A DNA stretch of 64,000 bases from an uncultured Methanosarcinaceae archaeon (GTDB lineage Archaea; Halobacteriota; Methanosarcinia; Methanosarcinales; Methanosarcinaceae). Of the stretch, positions 1-7,363 are shown piece after piece. Below the pieces are notes generated by a model, which worked only from the letters and a program-made list of their open reading frames with translations, was not told the origin of the DNA and ran no database searches. Every line of letters starts with the position of its first letter. Position 1 is the stretch's first letter. The translations under genes were made by a program, and so were the position numbers. The stretch covers positions 215,864 through 279,863 of the forward strand of contig CAWJYV010000004.1 in the NCBI GenBank assembly GCA_963847185.1. The letters are read 5' to 3'.

Positions 1-2305
1 CGATCAGCACATCTTTCTGGTCGCAGACTGCGTCCACATCAATTTCACAGGCGTCTTCCAGGAAGTCGTCAATAAGAATCGGGTGTTCCGGAGAAACCCT
101 GACAGCTTCCTTCATGTAGCGTTCAAGGTCGATTTCATCATAGACGATTTCCATTGCCCTGCCGCCTAACACGTAAGAGGGGCGCACAAGTACAGGGAAA
201 CCGATTCTCTTTGCAACTTCGATTGCTTCCTGCTGGGAAGTTGCATACCCGCCTTCAGGCTGCGGAACACCAATTTTTTGCATCAGGGTATAGAACTTCT
301 CCCTGTCTTCGGCAAGGTCCATGTCCTCAGGGTCAGTGCCCATGATTACAGTATCAAGGTCTGTCCTGCGCTTTAATTCCCGTTTCAGAGGGAGCGCAAG
401 GTTTACCGAAGTCTGTCCTCCGAACTGCACAAGAACTCCATCAGGCCTCTCCCTCTCGATAACGTTCATTACATATTCCAGGGTAAGGGGCTCAAAAAAA
501 AGCTTGTCAGAGGTATCGAAGTCAGTTGATACGGTTTCAGGGTTGTTGTTAATAATATGGGTTTCAATGCCTTCTTCCCTGAGTGCGGTAACTGCGTGCA
601 CGGTACAGTAGTCGAATTCGATTCCCTGCCCTATTCTGATCGGCCCTGCGCCAAGGATGAGGATCTTCTTCTTGTCTGCAGGGTTTGTTTCGCAGGTATC
701 TTCGTAAGTGGAGTAATAATAAGGAGTAGCTGCCTGGAACTCGGCTGCACAGGTGTCTACCATCTTGAAGGTAGCGAGAATTCCTGCCTCATGCCTGAGG
801 TCGCTTATCTCTTCTCTGGTCTTTCCAGTCAATTCTGCGAGCCGGCTGTCAGGAATGCCCATTTTCTTTGCTTGGCGCAGAAGCTCTGTGTTTAACTCTT
901 CTGTCCTTATGCGCTTTTCCATGTCCACGATCTTTTTCATTTTTGAAATGAAGAAAGGATTAATACTTGAAAGTTCGGCAATTTCTTTTACCGACATACC
1001 TTTTTCAAGCGCATGGTAAATGACAAAGAGGCGTTCGCTTGTGGGAGTCTTTAAAAGAGTTTTGATTTCCGGTTCATCCCAGTGTTTTATCCCCAGCTGG
1101 GAGTCGATATCAAGGGACTTGAAAGCTTTCAACATGGACTCTTCAATTGTCCTGCCTATTGCCATGACTTCTCCCGTACTCTTCATGGCTGTGGTCAGGG
1201 TCTTGTCTGCAGTAACGAATTTGTCAAAAGGCCACCTTGGGATTTTGGTAATCACGTAATCCAGAGCAGGTTCAAAAGAAGCAGGGGTGCTCATGGTAAC
1301 GTTATTTATGATCTCATCAAGGCTCATTCCGATTGCAATCTTTGCGGTCACACGGGCAATAGGGTATCCTGTAGCTTTGGACGCGAGGGCTGATGACCTG
1401 GAAACCCTGGGATTTACTTCGACAATGCGGTAATCGCCTTCCTTTAAAGCGTACTGAATATTGCACCCACCTTCGATCTTGAGGGCACGGATGATTTTAA
1501 TCGAGGCACTCCTGAGCATCTGGTGCTCTGCATCGGTCAGAGTCTGGGAAGGGGCAACGACTGCTGATTCACCTGTATGTACGCCCATGGGATCAATATT
1601 TTCCATGTTACAGATAACAATACAGGTATCGTTTGCATCCCTCATTACCTCGTACTCAACCTCTGCCCATCCAAGTACGCTTTCTTCTATAAGTACCTGG
1701 GATATGCGGCTGCGCCTGAGCCCGCGTTCCGTGATTTCAAGAAGCTCTTCCTTTGTGCGGGCAATTCCGCCGCCAGCCCCACCAAGAGTATAGGCTGGAC
1801 GGATGATTAAGGGAAGGCCGAGTTCTTCAACAACCTCTTCGGCTTCTTTTAAGGTATGGACTGCCCTGCTTAGAGGCACTTTTTCCCCTATCCTGAGCAT
1901 TGTCTCTTTGAAGAGTTCCCGGTCTTCCGTATTTTTAATGGCTTCAACAGGAGTTCCAAGGATCTGGACTCCGTATTTTTCAAATACACCCATTTCTGCA
2001 AGTTCACTGGTAATATTCAGGCCTGTCTGCCCTCCAATACCTGCAATAATCCCGTCAGGGCGTTCTTTTTCTATGATCCTCTCTATAATTTTGGCATCAA
2101 GGGGTTCGATATAGACCGAGTCAGCCATTTCCGGATCTGTCATAATGGTTGCAGGGTTTGAGTTTACGAGTACAACCTGCAAGCCTTCTTCTTTTAAGGA
2201 CCTGCACGCCTGGCTGCCTGAGAAGTCGAATTCCGCAGCCTGTCCGATAGTGATCGGTCCTGAACCTATAAGCAAAACTTTCTTTATGTCCTCGCGTTTG
2301 GGCAT
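1..2305 (-). CDS. carB: Carbamoyl-phosphate synthase large subunit (5' part; runs off the left edge of the window)
   Basis: Manual minus-strand translation from ATG 2305 gives MPKREDIKKVLLIGSGPITIGQAAEFDFSGSQAC..., and further on the second-half motif ILGAGPIRIGQGIEFDYCTVH. The start overlaps the carA stop (TAATG). It is absent from the ORF track because no stop lies inside the window. Confidence 0.97.
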   Translation of the reverse strand, partial: MPKREDIKKVLLIGSGPITIGQAAEFDFSGSQACRSLKEEGLQVVLVNSNPATIMTDPEMADSVYIEPLDAKIIERIIEKERPDGIIAGIGGQTGLNITSELAEMGVFEKYGVQILGTPVEAIKNTEDRELFKETMLRIGEKVPLSRAVHTLKEAEEVVEELGLPLIIRPAYTLGGAGGGIARTKEELLEITERGLRRSRISQVLIEESVLGWAEVEYEVMRDANDTCIVICNMENIDPMGVHTGESAVVAPSQTLTDAEHQMLRSASIKIIRALKIEGGCNIQYALKEGDYRIVEVNPRVSRSSALASKATGYPIARVTAKIAIGMSLDEIINNVTMSTPASFEPALDYVITKIPRWPFDKFVTADKTLTTAMKSTGEVMAIGRTIEESMLKAFKSLDIDSQLGIKHWDEPEIKTLLKTPTSERLFVIYHALEKGMSVKEIAELSSINPFFISKMKKIVDMEKRIRTEELNTELLRQAKKMGIPDSRLAELTGKTREEISDLRHEAGILATFKMVDTCAAEFQAATPYYYSTYEDTCETNPADKKKILILGAGPIRIGQGIEFDYCTVHAVTALREEGIETHIINNNPETVSTDFDTSDKLFFEPLTLEYVMNVIERERPDGVLVQFGGQTSVNLALPLKRELKRRTDLDTVIMGTDPEDMDLAEDREKFYTLMQKIGVPQPEGGYATSQQEAIEVAKRIGFPVLVRPSYVLGGRAMEIVYDEIDLERYMKEAVRVSPEHPILIDDFLEDACEIDVDAVCDQKDVLI

Positions 2306-3414
2306 TAAATTCCACCCCCAAGGACCTTTACAACCTTGCCGAAGAACGTTTCCTCGGTATCCATTGGCCCTGCCTGAGCTTCAGGGTGGAACTGCACACT
2401 GAAAACATCAAGGTCTTTGTGGGAAACTCCTTCTACGGTCTTGTCGTTTGCGTTCATGTATTTCACATAAAGTCCTGTCCCGTCGAGGGAGTCCGCATCA
2501 ACGGCATACCCATGGTTCTGGGAGGTTATGAAAACCTTGTTTTCGATAAGGTCCTTTACGGGCTGGTTTCCTCCCCTGTGCCCGAATTTCAGTTTGTAAG
2601 TCCTTGCTCCCATAGCAAGGGAGATGATCTGATGCCCGAAGCAGATTCCGCAGACAGGAATCGTACCTGCAAAGGCCTTTACGGCATTTATTGCATCCCT
2701 TGCTTTTTCCGGGTCTCCGGGCCCGTTTGAGATGAAAAGGAGGTCTGGGTCATAACCTGCAATTTCTGAGGGTTTTGTAGTTGCAGGGACCAGGGTAAGA
2801 TCAATTCCTCTCTTATGCAGGTTGTTTATAATATTCCTCTTTATCCCGAGGTCAACCACAACCGCATGTTTTGGTTTCCCGCTGCCTTTCCAGGCACCTT
2901 CAACTCCAGGGATAAAACGGGGTTCCTTGCAGGTTACACTGGCAATAAGTTCTTCGTCCGTAATCTGTGGGAAATTCCTTGCCATCTCGACAGCTTCTTC
3001 CCCGTCGTCGCTGCCTGTGATCAGAGCTGCACGCATGGTACCGCGCTCCCTTGTCTTTATAGTGAGCATACGGCTGTCCACGCCTTCTATTCCTGGCTTT
3101 CCTTCATCTTCTAAAAATTTGTGAATGGAACGGGTTGATTTATAGTGATAGGGATTTTTGCAAGCTTCCCTTACAACAAGTCCCTCTGCATGAATATTAT
3201 CGGACTGGACGCGCTCCCCGCTGACACCATAATTTCCGATAAGAGGGTAAGTAAACATCAATATTTGACCCTTGTAGGAGGGGTCTGTCAGAGCCTCCTC
3301 ATATCCCGTGAATTGAGTGGTAAAAACAAGTTCGCCGCAAGCTGTGCCTTCGGCACCAAAACCGGTGCCCTTAATAACTGTTCCGTCTTCTAAGCCTATT
3401 ACTGCTTTCATCAT
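2305..3414 (-). CDS. carA: Carbamoyl-phosphate synthase small (glutaminase) subunit
   Basis: Motifs GELVFTTQFTGYEEALTDPSY, SNGPGDP, GICFGHQ (catalytic Cys) and SVQFHPEA. Start placed at MMKAV (3414/3411) behind AGGT; the ORF track extends it to 3444. Confidence 0.97.
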   Translation of the reverse strand: MMKAVIGLEDGTVIKGTGFGAEGTACGELVFTTQFTGYEEALTDPSYKGQILMFTYPLIGNYGVSGERVQSDNIHAEGLVVREACKNPYHYKSTRSIHKFLEDEGKPGIEGVDSRMLTIKTRERGTMRAALITGSDDGEEAVEMARNFPQITDEELIASVTCKEPRFIPGVEGAWKGSGKPKHAVVVDLGIKRNIINNLHKRGIDLTLVPATTKPSEIAGYDPDLLFISNGPGDPEKARDAINAVKAFAGTIPVCGICFGHQIISLAMGARTYKLKFGHRGGNQPVKDLIENKVFITSQNHGYAVDADSLDGTGLYVKYMNANDKTVEGVSHKDLDVFSVQFHPEAQAGPMDTEETFFGKVVKVLGGGI

Positions 3415-3499
3415 CTGAACCTGCGAGTAAATGTCATAAGACATGTATAAGTGTTACGATGACTTTCCTGATTCCCTGAATCGCTGGCATTCATTGAGT

Positions 3500-3514
3500 T
3501 CTTTTATATATAAA
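3500..3514 (-). promoter_or_regulatory. Probable TATA box for carAB
   Basis: TTTATATATAAAAG on the minus strand, about 90 nt upstream of the carA start. Confidence 0.4.
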
Positions 3515-4267
3515 TCAACCAATTAAATTAACTAGCTTCTTAATCACCTTTTTTCCCTTTCAAATCCTTTTTTCTTAGATTTAAATTCTTATAAAATTTA
3601 GTCTGAAATAAAAACATCTTGTCTTCATGTTAGAAATAAAATTTCAGTCTCATTGCCGCAACTGAGAAGATCAACTGCGCGACTACTGCCGGGATAATTG
3701 GAAGTATTTGAAAGCCTTACAGTATTGTGCGTAACTGACTGTATCAATGCCTCCATTGTTAACACTGGCATATCAATTGGCAATATGGCAGTATTAAATT
3801 AGCAGTATTTATACTGGTGCAGATGCTGTCACGGTCATCTGGTTGGGCAGGAAAAATTTGGCACGCTAGTTTTCAGGTAAGCATGAAAACCTGCCCTCAA
3901 TTTAGTAAGATACGTAAGTTCAGAGGGGCAATACCGGAAAACGTTTACCTTTATGCTTTATTTATATGATTTACGTTCATATTTAATTTATATGAAACTT
4001 GGGATATATTAAAGAGAGGTTTTTCCTGGAAATGAGTGAAATGAGTGAATGTTTGACCTTCTAAAAGATCTACTACTTTATCGATCTCAAAGTATCTCAT
4101 AGATTAAATTTTAATTAAAATTAAGGAGGGCAAGTTTTAGATCACTTATTAAAATCACTAAAAACCGAAAAACGTTGAATAACGAATGAATGTCTTATAT
4201 GTGAAATATGTGAATTAGATGGAATATGAAGAAATAATGAGTTTAATTAGAAGATCCAATCTTTTGA

Positions 4268-4594
4268 TCATTCAAATACAGGTATTTTATTTAAGGCTTC
4301 ATCAATAAAGCATGAAACTTCTATCGGTTTGATTCCATTCTTTATTAATTCTTTTTGTGGCCTGCTTCCAATTCTGGCGCAGAGCAAAGCTTTACAGTCA
4401 GAAATCAAATAAATTGTTCTGCTCAAGATCTCATCAGAATTCCCATGTTCAGATGAACCACATAAAGGTGTAGTCTCTCTGACTTCAATGAATTGTACTT
4501 TACCGCAATCGACCTCAAATATAAAAAAGCGAGATGCCTTTCCAAAATGCTGATTGACAACTTTTCCATCACTTGAAATAACAGCAACTTTCAT
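4268..4594 (-). CDS. NifB/NifX-family (dinitrogenase FeMo-cofactor-type) cluster-binding protein
   Basis: MKVAVISSDGKVVNQHFGKASRF and DCKALLCARIG, which match the NifX/NifB C-terminal pattern; 108 aa. Confidence 0.85.
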   Translation of the reverse strand: MKVAVISSDGKVVNQHFGKASRFFIFEVDCGKVQFIEVRETTPLCGSSEHGNSDEILSRTIYLISDCKALLCARIGSRPQKELIKNGIKPIEVSCFIDEALNKIPVFE

Positions 4595-4940
4595 TTATTC
4601 ATCTCATTTTTGTTTTATTGACGTTATTATTCTATTTGATAATTTATATAACGTTTAAATAAAAATCTACTTTTTATTTATGTTTTACCCGCCAAATTCG
4701 AACATAGCTGAGAATATATAAAATCTCTTTATAATTATGTATTGTAGTTGATAAAAATCAGACAGAAGATACTGACTGAAGAAAGCAGAAAAAATCCTCG
4801 CATAATTGATATACCATCGTGACAATCTCTAAGGATATGAATAGCAGCAAATCCGAAAACTCAATTTCATCTTCTCATGTTACAGGCAGTGAAGCTATTG
4901 AAAATCGCAAAAAAGCACTGGCAGGACAGAGAACTCCTAC

Positions 4941-5387
4941 TTACGAATCAGCCACCTTTTCAAGACCTGCTGTCGACCAGTTAAACGGTATTCTGCCTGA
5001 CTTTAACAGGAGGCTCTCTCCGGAAAAGGACCTCGGACTTTCTCCTCTGGGACATTCCCGCCTTAGTCCCGAGACCTTTCCGAGACTTTTTTCTAGCTCC
5101 TTTATCGGGCTTTCAACTTCTGAGTTTCCGGAAACCCTGCCCAGAGATTTTGAAGAGCCTGTCGCAAAAGGATTTGATGCAAAGCCCGATCTCGCAGGAA
5201 GGACACTCAAAGGAGCAGAAGTCTGCTCTAAACGTTTAAGTTCAGACCTCCCGATTGCTCCCCTAGGAAGCAGGCTTGCAACTCTCAGGCAGAAAAAGGA
5301 ATGAAGGGAACCAGAAACTAAGGAATCCGGAAAACTAAGGAATCCGGAAATGGCAGAGGATGCCGACAAGGAAGAAAACAAACTCAT
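4941..5387 (-). CDS. Ser-rich hypothetical protein
   Basis: 148-aa ORF with GGAG about 10 nt before the ATG and a TTTATAAG box about 35 nt upstream. No recognisable domain. A competing antisense ORF lies at 4819..5304. Confidence 0.4.
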   Translation of the reverse strand: MSLFSSLSASSAISGFLSFPDSLVSGSLHSFFCLRVASLLPRGAIGRSELKRLEQTSAPLSVLPARSGFASNPFATGSSKSLGRVSGNSEVESPIKELEKSLGKVSGLRRECPRGESPRSFSGESLLLKSGRIPFNWSTAGLEKVADS

Positions 5388-5893
5388 AAAACTTTACTCC
5401 GAAATTATAAAGTTTTGATCCTATCTTATAAAACCTTAATCAGCTTAGTCTGATTTTCTTTTTTTGAACCAGATTAATTTCTTTAAAAGGGTTCATTTTC
5501 GGAAAAACTGCTGCATTTGAGCTGTTTCAATTAAATCACTGCAATGAAACTTTTTGCTTGCGTGAAAAAATACTATATAATATATTACCTGAAAGATACC
5601 ATTATCCCTAAGAGGCTTAAGGCGATTGACAGCGTAGTTATGAACATAATCAAAGCTGAACTTTCATATTCAGTCTGGCCTGTGTTTTTTTGATCCATAA
5701 TATCAAATATGCACTAACTGTTTAAAAAACCTTTCTATTTTTTGAGTAGTCTGAACATAAATATAAGTTATAGATCAAGATCATAAGGCTGCTTATATTT
5801 TAAAAAAATGAAATTATGAGGGCGTTAGTATATACAAAATATAATTATGTAGGAAAAGTTAGAATTTGCCTTTCAAGTAAACTTGCTGATATT

Positions 5894-6366
5894 TCACTTT
5901 GATCTGGATTTTGACCAAAGATAGCTCTTTTTAACGTTTTTTCCATATTTTTTCGAAAGATATTCAGCATAGATTTTTAAATCATCTGTTACAAAAAGAG
6001 ATTTTGAATCTGAAAGATGTTTATCTGTAACTTCTATCAATTCATCTGCTATATAATATCTGAACAAAAAGGTGAATGTGCCCATTCTGCCAGATTTATC
6101 TTTGTCTTTTATGGTCTTTCTTTTTTAGATATCTTATTTAAGGCTATCACAAATGTTAAGAAAAATATTAGAGCAACCAATATTATATTTACAGGGCTGC
6201 TTAAGTCTGAATAGTTGTTTACAAAAGCACCAGTAAGAGCATAGGTGGTACCATAAGTGTCATCCGGGTGCAGTCCATAGTAAGCTGCCTCTAGAAGTAA
6301 TGCCATAAAGGATATTAAACTGGCAATCAGAAAACTGCGTAGTATAGTGTCAAACCTCATTCTCAA
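5894..6366 (-). pseudogene. Small membrane protein split by a probable 1-nt frameshift
   Basis: ORFs 6109..6366 (two hydrophobic helices) and 5894..6085 join into one ~157-aa frame if one A is added to the A6 run (plus-strand T6 at 6121-6126): ...NKISKK/RKTIKDKDKSGRMGTF... Confidence 0.5.
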
Positions 6367-6497
6367 TCAGCTTTATAACTGCATCCTGAAATATAAATAA
6401 GTTTTTTTCAGTAAAAGTTTAAGCTAAGATTTTCAGATAAAATCCAGAATAACAGAAAACTCTAAAAGCTGTTTCTATAAAGGTAAATTGATCCTAC

Positions 6498-7205
6498 ATG
6501 AAAATTCACGTCCTCCAGCACTCCTCTATAAACACCCTCGGCACCATTGAAGAATACGCTAAAACTAAAAACCACTCTCTTGAGTCAACCCGCTTTTTCG
6601 AAACAAAAAGCATTCCAGCGATTGATTCCTTTGACCTTCTTGTAATCATGGGTGGCCCTATAGGAGTTTATGACTACAAAGAAAATCCCTGGCTGAGAGG
6701 CGAAAAAGAGTTTATCAAAAAGGCGATAGAGGCAGAAAAACCAGTTTTTGGAATATGCCTTGGTGCTCAATTGCTTGCCGACGCTCTGGGTGCCCGCGTT
6801 TATGATAATAAATACATGGAAATGGGCTGGTTCCCTATAAGAACAGCAATACAGGAGAGTAAACCGGATTTTCTTAAAGGGCTGCCGGAAGAGATCACGG
6901 TTTTTCACTGGCATTCCCGCACTTTTGACCTTCCGGAAGGCTCTGTTAGCCTTTTTGAGAGCAGCGGGTGCAAAAATCAGGGTTTCATTTATGATGGCAG
7001 GATTGTGGCGCTACAGTTTCATCCGGAAGTAAATGAAGAAAGAATTGAATCCCTGATAAAACGGTTTGGAGACAGAATGGCGGATGGGCCATTTGTCCAG
7101 AAGAAAAAGGAGATGCTGGGGCAAAAAGAATATTTGGCCAAAACAAAGGAATTTATGTTTTCTATTCTGGATAAATTCGAGAAAATCACTACTGATAGCC
7201 CATAA
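6498..7205 (+). CDS. Type 1 glutamine amidotransferase (stand-alone GATase1)
   Basis: Motifs LVIMGG, GICLGAQL, FHWH and LQFHPE (Cys-His-Glu triad). Confidence 0.92.
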   Translation: MKIHVLQHSSINTLGTIEEYAKTKNHSLESTRFFETKSIPAIDSFDLLVIMGGPIGVYDYKENPWLRGEKEFIKKAIEAEKPVFGICLGAQLLADALGARVYDNKYMEMGWFPIRTAIQESKPDFLKGLPEEITVFHWHSRTFDLPEGSVSLFESSGCKNQGFIYDGRIVALQFHPEVNEERIESLIKRFGDRMADGPFVQKKKEMLGQKEYLAKTKEFMFSILDKFEKITTDSP

Positions 7206-7215
7206 ACGAGCATGA

Positions 7216-7352
7216 AATTAGTCCTCCTGAGTGAAGAAAACACTATTTCTTTACCTCAGAGTGAAGAAAAACTATTTCTTTACCCTCAATTAGTCCTCTT
7301 GAGCGAGCGAAGCGAGGGAAAAGGACCGCGGGCTCCCGAAGCGCAATTCGGG
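7216..7352. repeat. REP/MITE-like palindromic element, copy A, with a degenerate duplicated left end and a ~30-bp tandem duplication
   Basis: 7288-7352 reads AATTAGTCCTCTTGAGCGAGCGAAGCGAGGGAAAAGGACC-GCGGGCT-CCCGAAGCGCAATTCGGG, and its two end modules recur at 20758-20861. 7216 carries AATTAGTCCTCCTGAGTGAAG, and GAGTGAAGAAAA(C)ACTATTTCTTTACC occurs twice. Confidence 0.75.
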
Positions 7353-7363
7353 TGTTAGAGAAA

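Noticed and set aside
154-2402. Plus-strand ORFs over carB, and similar antisense ORFs over aspS, rpiA, the thermosome and kinase genes
   Set aside because: They are shadows of well-supported genes on the opposite strand and have no motifs of their own.
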